Virus record (IMG/VR): IMGVR_UViG_3300027801_002517
Coordinates: 64,001 to 128,000 of that record
Strand: one strand, 5' to 3'
DNA length: 64,000 bases
From: a virus
Shown here: positions 41,459-51,968 of the stretch, piece by piece
How the letters are laid out: each line of letters starts with the position of its first letter
How positions within the stretch are numbered: position 1 is the first letter of the stretch
Notes under the pieces: model-generated
Database searches by the model: none
Told to the model about the DNA's origin: nothing
What the model saw: only the letters and a program-made list of their open reading frames with translations
Translations under genes and position numbers: made by a program

Positions 41459-41770
41459 TTATCTCCATAATCTTAAACGATAAGTTCCATATTTTCCAGT
41501 AGCAACTGCGTCTGCTACTAATCTCATTCTTCTTCTGGGTATGCAGGTGCCTAATGTTTTTGGGTTTCGACCCTTACGTCCCCATCCACATCCTTCAAAT
41601 CTGGCTCCATGTTTCCACGGACTACAAACTGAATAAGGAGGATGCCACCTGTAATTTTTATCGGCCATATACTGGACTCTGACTTGAGCTACCTCTTGTA
41701 AGGTCATTTCTTTCGGTTGATTTGCCAAGACAATTGATAGAACTAATGCAGTAAACACATATATCTCCAT
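41459..41770 (-). CDS. Secreted protein, reduced CAP-like, Planctomycete-style
   Basis: Signal peptide; AQ.R..YMA...H...FEGCGW...TC pattern. Confidence 0.45.
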   Translation of the reverse strand: MEIYVFTALVLSIVLANQPKEMTLQEVAQVRVQYMADKNYRWHPPYSVCSPWKHGARFEGCGWGRKGRNPKTLGTCIPRRRMRLVADAVATGKYGTYRLRLWR

Positions 41771-41867
41771 ATAATGAAAAAAATATCATCCTGATATTAA
41801 TACACTTATAACCCACACAAAAACAAAAGTCACAAGCAGTTCAATTGTAATAATTACTATGTCTTCT

Positions 41868-42098
41868 TTATTTAACTTCATTATTGTCCATCATTATTAA
41901 AACTTGTTCTGCTCCGTACAAAGTAAACTCCTGACAGACATCACATCTACGTTCTTGAGCATCTGGTTCAATACCAAGGCTACTAGCCCCACAATCCACA
42001 TTGATACAGAATCCCTCATTCATATCACGAGCTACTGCATCAAATACTTCTTCAAAATCAAGAGTCCAATCTGGATGGTTTGGCTTAGACATTTCCAT
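41868..42098 (-). CDS. Small zinc-finger phage protein
   Basis: GFC...CG...IEPDA...CDVC...YGAE. Confidence 0.55.
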   Translation of the reverse strand: MEMSKPNHPDWTLDFEEVFDAVARDMNEGFCINVDCGASSLGIEPDAQERRCDVCQEFTLYGAEQVLIMMDNNEVK

Positions 42099-42660
42099 AT
42101 ATATTCCGTTCTGTAATAATCTTATCCATATAAATATCGTGAGATGCTACTGGAATCTCTTCAAACATTTGACATTCAAACGCCAAGGCCACTAATGGTG
42201 TACCCTGTCGAGCATTCTCCAGCAGCTTATCATAGTATCCTTTACCGTGACCCATCCTCGCACCAGTAGCATCAAACCCTACGCCCGGCACCATTATAAG
42301 ATCTAATTCTTTTATGTCAACCTGTTTCTGAGGAAGACCACGCAATTCTTGAGAAGGCTCTAAGATACCATACATACCTGTTTCTAATTCGTCCATACTC
42401 TCAAGATGGAAAAGCTCTAGCTCTCCATCGTCATTACACCAAGGCACCACTATATTTTTGCCACTACTAAGTGCCTCTGGTAGAGCATGACGAGTCCTGA
42501 CCTCACTCCTTACATCAATATAAAACATGACAGCAGATGCATCGGCATATTCATATAGAGACATGAAAGTATCTACAATCGAACGACTTAGTTTGTCTTT
42601 GTCTTCTTGTTTGTTTCGGTTGTCATGGGCAGTTCGCCTCAGTTCATTTTTATTTATCAT
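42085..42660 (-). CDS. 5-formyltetrahydrofolate cyclo-ligase
   Basis: KNELRR, SEVRT, YGILEP, VPGVGFD..GARMGHGKGYYD, HDIYMD.IITE. Confidence 0.9.
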   Translation of the reverse strand: MINKNELRRTAHDNRNKQEDKDKLSRSIVDTFMSLYEYADASAVMFYIDVRSEVRTRHALPEALSSGKNIVVPWCNDDGELELFHLESMDELETGMYGILEPSQELRGLPQKQVDIKELDLIMVPGVGFDATGARMGHGKGYYDKLLENARQGTPLVALAFECQMFEEIPVASHDIYMDKIITERNIYGNV

Positions 42661-42685
42661 AGTATGGTACTCTTTGAATTCCTGT

Positions 42686-44110
42686 TTATACCGTTTGTAA
42701 AACTTTATTTGTATATTGTTCTTCAAACAATAGTTTTTGAGAATAGGTTTTTTTGTGACACTCTTTACACAACATTGTACAATTTTTCGGAACTGTTAAT
42801 CCTCCCTTACCATGAGGGATTATATGATGAGCATCCATATCATCTATGTCAAATTGCTCATCACAATCAGAACAGTATCCATCTTGTTTGTGGTATTGTT
42901 TTTTTCTATCTACTTCAGAAAATTTTCGAGATGGATCTTTATCTGTTTTGTCAGTACAACAATCAAGGTGATCGTGTAAAATTTTATTTTGTAGCCCTCT
43001 ATTGACTTTGGTATGCCCAGAAGTATTTACACGCAATGAGTATTCATCAAGATCATTTTTAACTTTGGTTGATTTTATCTCCGCTGCTGTCCTTATGTCT
43101 ACACTTAAGTCTTTTAGATGGTTTAGTAATTTTTCTTTATCAATTTCTCGACCTTCTAGTATCCAGTCAATAATTACAACATTTAATGCATAAAAATTTG
43201 AACCTTTTGCAAATCTAGTTGATTTAAGTCCTACTGTTTGATCAAAGAGAAATTTCATAATCTCTAAACTTTTCTTGATATTTTTTATAAGTTTGAACAT
43301 ATCTATATCTTCTTCATTGTTTTTAAAATATTTAAACACGTTCGCAACAGCCCACCCATTTAAATGTTCTTGATTATGAATGTAATATAAAAGTGCTGTT
43401 AAATATCTACCATCCCACTGTCGAATAACCGAGGATGTTGATGAGGCTTTAATAAGCATATCGGAATATGGTCCATCAACACCAGTAAATGGCCGGAGGA
43501 AATCCTTAACTAAGGGTGTATCTCTATATTTTGATCTTAGTTTTTCTTGATCATTAAGATTTTCGCTTTGATTATATGATTGAAATAAAGCATCGATAAG
43601 ATTTTTAATCTCAATCTCATTCACCCCATATGTTTCATATATAATTACAGTTATCTGCTTATCAAGAAAACTTTTTCGGTTCGACTCATTAACGTCTTCC
43701 CATTTCTTTGCTTCTAGTTTATCAATAAAAAGATCAGGTAGAGTCGATAACTCTTTAGATAAAGAATAAATGTTATGTATATAATCTTTTATACTAGAAG
43801 CTCTCTGTAGTCCATCAATTACTTCATAGTAAACTTCGCAAGCTTCCGGTAAAAGATTTTTGCGTATACCATACCAATTATCATCATATGGTTTTTTAGT
43901 TTCACTATCTCTATATCTTTTCACAAGATAAAGTGGGGGTATAGAAATTCCGCTCCAAATGGAGTTAATGAAAGCAATCTTTCTGTCGGCTGCCCATACT
44001 TCATCTCTTTGGTGATCAGGATTAAGAACATAGTCACCGCTATCTATCTTCTTTAATAGATTTTCAATAGAAATTTTTTCGTCTGAAAAATCATAGTTTG
44101 GGAGTTGCAT
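42686..44110 (-). CDS. DUF262 (ParB-like) + HNH nuclease, GmrSD-like
   Basis: PDHQR..VW, IPPLY, VIDGLQR, LNDQE; C-terminal CxxC...AHHIIPH..GG.T..NCTMLCKECH. Confidence 0.8.
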   Translation of the reverse strand: MQLPNYDFSDEKISIENLLKKIDSGDYVLNPDHQRDEVWAADRKIAFINSIWSGISIPPLYLVKRYRDSETKKPYDDNWYGIRKNLLPEACEVYYEVIDGLQRASSIKDYIHNIYSLSKELSTLPDLFIDKLEAKKWEDVNESNRKSFLDKQITVIIYETYGVNEIEIKNLIDALFQSYNQSENLNDQEKLRSKYRDTPLVKDFLRPFTGVDGPYSDMLIKASSTSSVIRQWDGRYLTALLYYIHNQEHLNGWAVANVFKYFKNNEEDIDMFKLIKNIKKSLEIMKFLFDQTVGLKSTRFAKGSNFYALNVVIIDWILEGREIDKEKLLNHLKDLSVDIRTAAEIKSTKVKNDLDEYSLRVNTSGHTKVNRGLQNKILHDHLDCCTDKTDKDPSRKFSEVDRKKQYHKQDGYCSDCDEQFDIDDMDAHHIIPHGKGGLTVPKNCTMLCKECHKKTYSQKLLFEEQYTNKVLQTV

Positions 44111-44123
44111 AATTCATCCTTCC

Positions 44124-45200
44124 TTAATTTTTATTTCTTAACATCTTTAAACAAGATTTACCAATGGCGGTGCCGAGGCCACAAGGAACGGCATTACCTA
44201 TCTGTTTGAACGCCTGTCCCTTTTTACACTTAAACATAAAAGTATCTGGAAAAGACTGTAGTCTAGCCAATTCCCTGACAGTCATATGTCTTCCTTTTTC
44301 ATAGTGGGTAAACACTGCACCATGATTTTCTTTAACTGTGTTACACGGTTTATCGGGATGACATTTCTGATTGGCCTCACCATATCCAGAATAACTATCA
44401 CCGTATTCAGTAGCCATAATTTTATCTGGGACCGATGGGTCAGTCTTATAAGCTCTGAACTCATGTGAAAATTCAATATCTTCCTCAATGTCTTTTAGGT
44501 CATCTATCGCATCTCTAACGGAAACCCATTTCTCCAAATCACCCGTACCAGACTCGTTGTGTGTCTCATCTGGAAAAAGAACCTTGTTCTTAGACGCTAT
44601 AATAATAACTCTCTCTCTGTGCTGCGGCACACCATAATTGGAAGCTTTTAATACTCTTGCTTCAGCGTTATAGCCTAAATCAACAAATAGGTCAACCCAT
44701 TTATCACAGACTGAGAATGTATATTCTTTATATTTTTTAAGTAACTTACCACTACTCAGCTTCTTTGAATCTTTATTGATCTGTTTAAAAGTATCATCTG
44801 GAATATCAGATTCAAAATGATACATAGAAGCAAGACCTTTGACGTTTTCAATAACGCAAACATCTGGATCTACTCTCTCCACAATATCAAAATAATCAAA
44901 ATACAATTGTCCCCGATCATCAAATGGATCTCGCTTACCAGCATTGCTAAATGCCTGACAAGGAATTCCACCAAGGATAACTTTTACTTCATTATCAATG
45001 CAGGCTTTTACAATAACATCTTTTATAGTTGGATCGGTAATACTTCCTTCGACTAAGTTACAATGAGGATGATTGAACCTGAATGTTGAACATGCTGGCC
45101 CATCAAACTCATTAGCGACTCTGACCTGTAAACCATCTACCTTATCCATACCATAAGACATACCCCCACAACCGGCGAATAAATCTAAAACGTTATACAT
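44124..45200 (-). CDS. DNA (cytosine-5) methyltransferase
   Basis: DLFAGCGG, GIPCQAFS, IENV, PQHRERV, RELARLQSFP, IGNAV motifs. Confidence 0.93.
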   Translation of the reverse strand: MYNVLDLFAGCGGMSYGMDKVDGLQVRVANEFDGPACSTFRFNHPHCNLVEGSITDPTIKDVIVKACIDNEVKVILGGIPCQAFSNAGKRDPFDDRGQLYFDYFDIVERVDPDVCVIENVKGLASMYHFESDIPDDTFKQINKDSKKLSSGKLLKKYKEYTFSVCDKWVDLFVDLGYNAEARVLKASNYGVPQHRERVIIIASKNKVLFPDETHNESGTGDLEKWVSVRDAIDDLKDIEEDIEFSHEFRAYKTDPSVPDKIMATEYGDSYSGYGEANQKCHPDKPCNTVKENHGAVFTHYEKGRHMTVRELARLQSFPDTFMFKCKKGQAFKQIGNAVPCGLGTAIGKSCLKMLRNKN

Positions 45201-45216
45201 AGTTAATCTTCCCCTT

Positions 45217-45948
45217 TTAAATTAATATCTTGATGTTAGGGTCACAAGCCCGACCATAAAAATAATCCTTTGGTAATTTTAGATCAGACTCAAGACGTCT
45301 TAGTTGTTCTAACCTCAGTGTGAATTCATTAAACGTCGGAACAATATTCTTTAATCTTGAATTACCAGCGTGTAGCATAATTCTACCAGTAATTTTTTTT
45401 GACTTTGTACTCCACTTTCTACCGTCTGTACGCACTGGCTCCATCAGTACATTATTCAAGCAGTAATAATCAAATGATAAGAATACGATCTCTTCTTTAT
45501 TATGATCAAGATCATATTCTATTGTATAGACATAGTAGAATACCGGCTTATCCTTGTTATGTTTTTCTAAGCAGTTCAATAGGTTGGAATAGGCAGCAAT
45601 CCCACTCTCACCAGCATTCTTGCCATTCCGCCTGACTCTCCGTACCTTGAGATTGATGAGGATAATACAATCCTCTGTTTCTATAGTAAAATCATAGGGA
45701 GATTTGTTGTTGGCTTCTCTGGTAATAGTTGCTTTCTCCGTGGCACCGGACTTGATCATAGCTGCCTCAAAAATACAACCGAAAACGGAAGCCGAATCAA
45801 GTGGAGTATCTTCAAATATTAAATCATAGGGGCCTAACTTCAAAGGCATTGGCTCATAAAAAGTAAGTTGGCAATATCCGTGAAGATCAGACATTCTGTC
45901 CATCGCATCTGCTTTGATTAACTCTTGATATTCCAAATCATCAGTCAT
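45217..45948 (-). CDS. Putative restriction endonuclease (PD-(D/E)XK-like)
   Basis: FE...SPYDF...INLK pattern directly upstream of the C5 MTase. Confidence 0.45.
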   Translation of the reverse strand: MTDDLEYQELIKADAMDRMSDLHGYCQLTFYEPMPLKLGPYDLIFEDTPLDSASVFGCIFEAAMIKSGATEKATITREANNKSPYDFTIETEDCIILINLKVRRVRRNGKNAGESGIAAYSNLLNCLEKHNKDKPVFYYVYTIEYDLDHNKEEIVFLSFDYYCLNNVLMEPVRTDGRKWSTKSKKITGRIMLHAGNSRLKNIVPTFNEFTLRLEQLRRLESDLKLPKDYFYGRACDPNIKILI

Positions 45949-46452
45949 TTGTCAACTCCCTCACGTTCATTAACTTGAGCAATTACCAAAGCATCTAGCT
46001 CTGCAATAGAAAATTTTCCGTTTAGTTCAATACATTGTTCATTTTCTTTAGGGTTTGTTGTAATGATAGTCCTACCCATATGTTTTTCATGTAGAAACTT
46101 AATTAAATAATCAGTACACCACAAGTGTCGGCCAAACTTTTTTTGCATAGCGTTAATTAAAAAGTTACCATCTCTCATTTGTCAAGAGCCTCCATAATCT
46201 TTTCTGCTAAAAATTCTCGACCTGTCTCGCTACCGAGATTTATCTCCTTGTCGGCAACATCTTCTAATATTTTAATAATTCTATGATAGTAGGCCCAATC
46301 ATAGGTACGACTACACCCTACTCCTTTATCTGCGTTCTCTCTTTTTCGGTAATTGATCACGTTTATGTCTGCTGGGTAATGCTCACACCCAGTAATATAT
46401 CCACTAGGAGTATCATAACATATTGTTCCGCATTTTTCACATTCAAAGTTAC

Positions 46453-46851
46453 TCATTCGTCAACTCCCTCAAAGATATTTCCTACAACCACTTTAGAATA
46501 TCGCCAATTACGCTCTGCCCCACCGTGACGATCAGGATCTTTTTTACCTAGAAACATAGCATCTTCTTCGCAGTAGGTTATTGTGAATCTTTCTTTTCTG
46601 TCTCTGTATTGCCACTCTACAATATCCCCCTCATAAATCTCCTTACCATTCTTATCTTTCAATCCCGTATATTGCTGCACAAAGACTGTGGCATCAAAAA
46701 CATTTTCCCACAATGGCTTATCTTTTGTACCATAATTTTCATATACAGTTCCGTCAATGCCTATCATATACTTATCTGAATGTTCATCAGGATAGATTAT
46801 AGTTTTATCAGAATTTGTTTCGTGACATATGCGAAATTTAATCTCTCTCAT
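46453..46851 (-). CDS. YopX-family protein
   Basis: MREIKFR...QYTGLKDKNGKEIYEGDIV...VVGNIFE. Confidence 0.85.
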   Translation of the reverse strand: MREIKFRICHETNSDKTIIYPDEHSDKYMIGIDGTVYENYGTKDKPLWENVFDATVFVQQYTGLKDKNGKEIYEGDIVEWQYRDRKERFTITYCEEDAMFLGKKDPDRHGGAERNWRYSKVVVGNIFEGVDE

Positions 46852-47216
46852 TTGTCAAGTCCTATAAAGGTAAATAAGAGGGACTACTCACACCATGTGC
46901 TTCACATTCTTCAAGTAGTTCTTTCAATGCTAAATGGGCTTCAAGGTAAATCTGGTTTTCCATAGCAATTTTAATTTGCTTAACACTCGCTGGCAAAAAG
47001 AAATTCCTGATATTCATCCTCGTATTGGGATCATTACTTTTAATGTATGTATTACTCATCTTCCCACTCCTCAGTTATAATAAGCTCTGCTTCGCCTCGT
47101 TGTAACATCTCAATAAACTCTTGTTTAGCGTCTTCAAGAGCCTTTGCTTCTGAATCAGCAATAACGGCCCGCATACTGTCAACGCTTATGACGTAAGTCT
47201 TACTCATCTTCAACTC

Positions 47217-47747
47217 CTAAGTAGTTAGACAAACAGAATCAAGTCTATTATACCACCAATCGGGTGCTTGTCTACCTTTAATCCACTCGCATTGGATATT
47301 TTCCCGTTTATCGTAGAAATAATAATCACGATAGGCAGCAATAGAACAAGAGTTCTTGTATTCGTCTGGCATAGCTTGAGCAAATGGAGTCAGCTTACCC
47401 TCTGGAATAAGAGGGAACAGACTGCCAAGTACAGTAATTTGCCGCAGGCACGCATGTTCTTTCTTAAAGCGGAACTCAAACTCTTGACACAGAGCAATCC
47501 CATGCCAGAAAGACCACATATAATTCTCTCTGCTATCACCAACCCAGAGAGTTACCGGATGACGGTGGTAGCCCCCTTTGTGCGGCGTACCTGACTTGGT
47601 CAATGGCACTTGACTGTCTGTAGCACCATGACGACGAGCAGCACTAACCAACATCTGTGTAGCCTCTACACACATCTTGGGTACATGTTTGTCGCAATGC
47701 ATACGAGCAGCAATCTGAGGATCTTCATCTAATGCAAAGATGTTCAT
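47217..47747 (-). CDS. Pyrimidine-dimer DNA glycosylase/DenV-related protein
   Basis: MNIFALD...HCDKHVPKM..E..QML, HP...W, FAQAMP, AYRDYY motifs. Confidence 0.7.
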   Translation of the reverse strand: MNIFALDEDPQIAARMHCDKHVPKMCVEATQMLVSAARRHGATDSQVPLTKSGTPHKGGYHRHPVTLWVGDSRENYMWSFWHGIALCQEFEFRFKKEHACLRQITVLGSLFPLIPEGKLTPFAQAMPDEYKNSCSIAAYRDYYFYDKRENIQCEWIKGRQAPDWWYNRLDSVCLTT

Positions 47748-48281
47748 AGATCAAATTTTCCTAAATATGGATTTTTCTTCCAGTATTCAAAATCTTTGGC
47801 AGAGTCATCCCAAAGTTGTTTTTGTTTTTTGTCAGGACTATTTTTAACTTCATCCTGCTTCTTTGTCAACCACTCTTTTACAACATTTTGAAAGTTTGGA
47901 CTAAATCCACCTTGCTTGATCCAATCTGAGTAGTCGAAGACCGCATACTTTAAGTCCCACAACTCCTCACCTAAATCCCGCTTATCTAAATCGGAATTAC
48001 TCACTGCATCAAACAAATCAAGTATATTTTTCAAAGTTGCTTCAGGGTCCATTAGTTATTCTCCTGTATTAGAGGATCAGTACGGTGATAATTTTGAATG
48101 CCAAGTGAAAATACACTTTGTTTAAACATCGGTTTTTCAAGGTTTTCAAGCTGTCGCTGTCTCCCTTCTTCAATGAGAGCAAGACCCATTAAAGAACACA
48201 GAACAATAAACATTATTGATAGAACCGTCTTTCCAATCTTATCCATTTGTCAACTCCTATTTATAATAAAACTTACTACAG

Positions 48282-48366
48282 TAGCCGAAGCGGGACTCGA
48301 ACCCGCACGCCCATTACGGGCACAGGATTTTAAGTCCTGAGTGTCTGCCTATTCCACCATCCGGCC
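48282..48366 (-). tRNA. tRNA-Leu(TAA)
   Basis: Anticodon arm CAGGA-CTTAAAA-TCCTG, long variable arm, GGTTCGAGTCCC. Confidence 0.9.
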
Positions 48367-49418
48367 ATTCGATCCGATCACATTGGGTTAGACATTCAGT
48401 CTTCAACTGAATCAAGAAAATGCCCAATACCCTGATGTAGACCAATCTCATAAAAATCATCGAAACTACAATTTTTTCGGTGATGATATTCTTCACCAAG
48501 TTCATATCCTTCTGAGCCTGAATCCTCACAGATCCGTACTCCAAGAAATAAACCGCGACCATCACCATAATTATTCATAACAAACACCGCTGTTCCATAC
48601 TTAAACCAAGTATTCTTTTTAGCTATGTGCTGCCTGCCCCAGTGACTACTCATTGTAATCTACTCTATAGTCAGCGATAGCCTGAACTTCGCCGTTATCT
48701 TCAACTTTATATTTTGTTAACAGTTTATATTCCTCCCCGGAAATGTGATACTTTGTCAAATGTTGTAAGGCATCTTCTTTTGTGTTGCATCTAGGAGTTA
48801 CAGCCTCACATAACCCTGTGCTATTACAAATTACACCCTGCCACATTGTACTACCCTCCCCTATAGCATCACTAATTCAAAACCCTGATCTTTAATATAT
48901 GTCAAACACTCTTCTTCAACAGCGTCGGCGGTATCAGGATCATAATCATCATCCGTGCCATCAATATGGCTATCTTCCCATCCAAGAGATTCAGCCTTAC
49001 TTAAAACTTCTTCAAAACAACTATAGATAAAAGTTTGCATTAATTTTTCCAATGTTTAACCATTTCTTTTCGCCAGCGTTCCACGTCGGTATCTGGCATC
49101 TTATTCTTTTTCTTCTTTGGTTCTGGTTCTGGTCTTGATTTACACCATGCTATGGTAAACAGTAGTGCCATTATTGTCAAGGACAATTTTATCATTGAGG
49201 AAAACAAACCTCCTGCCAATCCTGAAATTCTTTATCGTCTTCAGGCTCAACAAAGTATAGGCTATACTGATTGCAAAGTTCCACATAAGCCTCTGACTTG
49301 TCCATACTGGGATAAGTGGAAACTTCGCTGTTGTCAGAAATCTCTTCTAGTAGATTCTTAATCGCGTCTCTCAAGTCTTTCATCTTAAATCTCCAAAAGG
49401 TTTGTTGTTTGTGTCTGT

Positions 49419-49446
49419 ATCATATCATCGACATCAACCCTGTCAA
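49419..49446 (-). promoter_or_regulatory. sigma70-like promoter
   Basis: TTGACA-16-TATGAT upstream of a run of small genes. Confidence 0.6.
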
Positions 49447-49879
49447 CCCTTAATTTGTTTTTTTAATAAATCGCTGATTTAATAGATCTGTTAATGAAGA
49501 TTCGTGATCAATAGGCTGACCATCCACACCATACAAGACCTCTACAATATCATATTCACTGCAAATCACATTCATTTTATCTGTCACCAACTCAACCATC
49601 TTTCTACCATCAAAATCCCCTGATGTCTCTAATAGCCAAATCTTTGCTATCTTTTTATCAGAGAAAATAGTAACAGCCATACATACTTCAAATCCACCAT
49701 CACTAAACAACCACAATTCATTATTGTAAATATTCCTAGACAATTTATTCAACAACGTAGATCTGAATTTTATATCAGTCTGTCGCATCTTTGACAATGC
49801 TAATAGAAAACTATTTACACTATTCTTGTCAATTTTCTTCCACATTCTAACCTCCCTAATATATAGGTATACCACGGTT

Positions 49880-50230
49880 TATAGGGTCATATTAGAGCAT
49901 AGCCGTTAAGCTTACCCCTAAAGTCCCTTAGTAATTTATATAGATTAAAACTCAAGTAATAAAAATTTCAATTCGTCTTTCGACGTGACCCACCAAGTTA
50001 CTCCTCAGTAGAGCTTGGATTCCCTTGAAAACTAATTACTTACGGCAAAGCTTGTGAAGCTATCCGGTCATCCCTTAACATCTTTACAATGATAAGTTAT
50101 TATTCTGTTTGGTTACAGAATGGGCCTGAGTTCTACGTTACTGTTATAACGCCCCTGATCAGATCTAAATTCACATTAATGGCAAGGTGAAATCCAGACA
50201 GGCTCTTACGCTACTGCCCCGTACCCTTCT
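49880..50230 (-). ncRNA. Candidate structured non-coding RNA (unclassified)
   Basis: ORF-free; several helices including CGTC-GAAA-GACG and G:U pairs favouring the minus strand. Confidence 0.4.
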
Positions 50231-50857
50231 TTATAATGATCCAAAAGGTGATCAATAAACTACATCTATCCAATGTATTATAGCTGCCTATTCACAAGAG
50301 TGATGGATTTATTGGTTTTTTCTGTGGTTTTCTTTTTTAATATTTTAATTGTGGGTTTTTCTCCCAATAGTGAGAATAATAGAAAACATTTCTGGGGATT
50401 ATTACCCAATATAGTTATACGTTTTATGGTTATTGTATGTCAAGGCTATCTTATCCTAAATATGCACTTTATCAATGAAAACAAAGCCCTAATAATACTA
50501 CTAATATAATGACTAATACAAGGATTACTGTTGACATGAGGATTTTTTAAGTTGTGATAAGTTTATAATTTCAACCACGACCCCATACAGCAAGCCAAAA
50601 CCCAGTAAAAACATTGGTGGAATTGATATTTCGGCCTCACTCGACGCGGTCGAACCGTGTGCATGTGCGGCCCAAATACGGCCTCTAGACGGCTGATTCT
50701 GGTGATTCATAAGACTCAAAAATGGGGCAAAAGTGTTTTTTTTTACGGGGAAACACTTCAACATTCTCGAAAAAGCCAGTGTTTTTGTCATTTTTGGGAA
50801 ATCGCTATATGAGACGATTAGCTGAGACACGGCCCAAATGAGGCGAAATGGCCCTTT

Positions 50858-51110
50858 TCGCTGACTATACGTTATCGGGCGATGCTTATAGATTGACTGG
50901 GACATCACCCCCTTTTCGCTGACTGTCAAACAACTGGCGAGTATGATAGATTGGGCTTGACACAGCAATGTAAAAATGCTATAATTCAAATAGTCCCAAA
51001 TCTCGCTGACTGTTGAACACCTGGCGATGCTATAGGATCAGATGGGACAAATGGTCCAGTTTTCGCTGACTGTCTAACAAGTGGCGATGCCCGAGGATCG
51101 GGCGGGACAA
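50858..51110. repeat. Four degenerate direct repeats TCGCTGACT-N11-GGCGA-...-GACA
   Basis: Copies start at 50858, 50916, 51003 and 51063. Confidence 0.8.
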
Positions 51111-51116
51111 ACGAAA

Positions 51117-51189
51117 TGGGTCCAGTAGGACTCGAACCTACAACCAACGAATTATGAGTTCGCTGCTCTAACCATTGAGCTATGGACCC
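51117..51189 (-). tRNA. tRNA-CAT, probably Ile2 (lysidine type)
   Basis: GGGTCCA/TGGACCC, anticodon loop CTCATAA; lacks initiator features. Confidence 0.85.
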
Positions 51190-51198
51190 CAACCTGAA

Positions 51199-51273
51199 TG
51201 ACCCTAGCGGGATTTGAACCCGCGTTGCTGGAATGAAAATCCAGTGTCCTAGACCTAACTAGACGATAGGGCC
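51199..51273 (-). tRNA. tRNA-Glu(TTC)
   Basis: GGCCCTA/TAGGGTC, CTGGA-TTTTCAT-TCCAG. Confidence 0.9.
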
Positions 51274-51279
51274 GCATAA

Positions 51280-51353
<74 letters not shown>

Positions 51354-51901
51354 CGTGGCTTATTTGGTGACCACCTCTTTTTCTAGCTGAACACCATTCA
51401 CCATCCCAACCAGTTAAGAATGTTCATCGCGAGGTAATTTCCATTACCGTCCGATTCCGCAATTATATCTTCTTCGTCTATGTCATACAACTCACCAGCC
51501 CCCAAAACTTCAACATTCTTGCGATGTGCTTCAAGTTCGGCAATTGCCTCGCCTTGTGATACTTCAGTTTCTTCGTCGATTTCGTCAAGTCTCATCTCAA
51601 TTCTCCACAGGATAAGGGGGATTTTCAAACAACACTCTATCATTCTCTTTCTTCAATGTCTATTTCGAGATAATCCCCGTCAAGGGAATCTCGTTGGGCA
51701 TCGATCACATTATCAAGAATGTAATCCCCACGATCATCTTCGTCAAGTGCCAACCACTGTTTGCCGTCGATAGTTTCCGGTCCTTCACTATCACCAATCT
51801 TGAAAAACAAAGTCTTGTCAGGATCTGCCACGACCCAACCAGAGAACTCAACCACAATGTTACTCATCTCAAAATCTCCAATAGGGGTAAAGGGATACTC
51901 C

Positions 51902-51930
51902 ATTATATCATATATCGTCAATAGAGCAAG
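51902..51930 (-). promoter_or_regulatory. Early promoter with an internal GACGATA box
   Basis: TTGCTC-16-TATAAT. Confidence 0.55.
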
Positions 51931-51968
51931 CCCAACAGTACACTAATTAACAAGATAACACGAATTGA

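Noticed and set aside
318-48340. Plus-strand ORFs antisense to the minus-strand genes
   Set aside because: Shadow ORFs with no motifs, fully overlapping well-supported genes.
49970-50010. Hammerhead ribozyme core (CUGAGGA...GAAA on the minus strand)
   Set aside because: Stem II does not close directly before GAAA, and no stem I/III with a cleavage triplet was found.
50858-51110. Mini-CRISPR array
   Set aside because: The conserved part is split, degenerate and irregularly spaced. The Cas4-like gene sits in the replication operon and no other cas genes are present.
50273-51192. ORFs 50273-50509, 50525-50989 and 50986-51192
   Set aside because: They overlap a tRNA, repeats or AT-rich DNA, and have no SD or protein-like composition.
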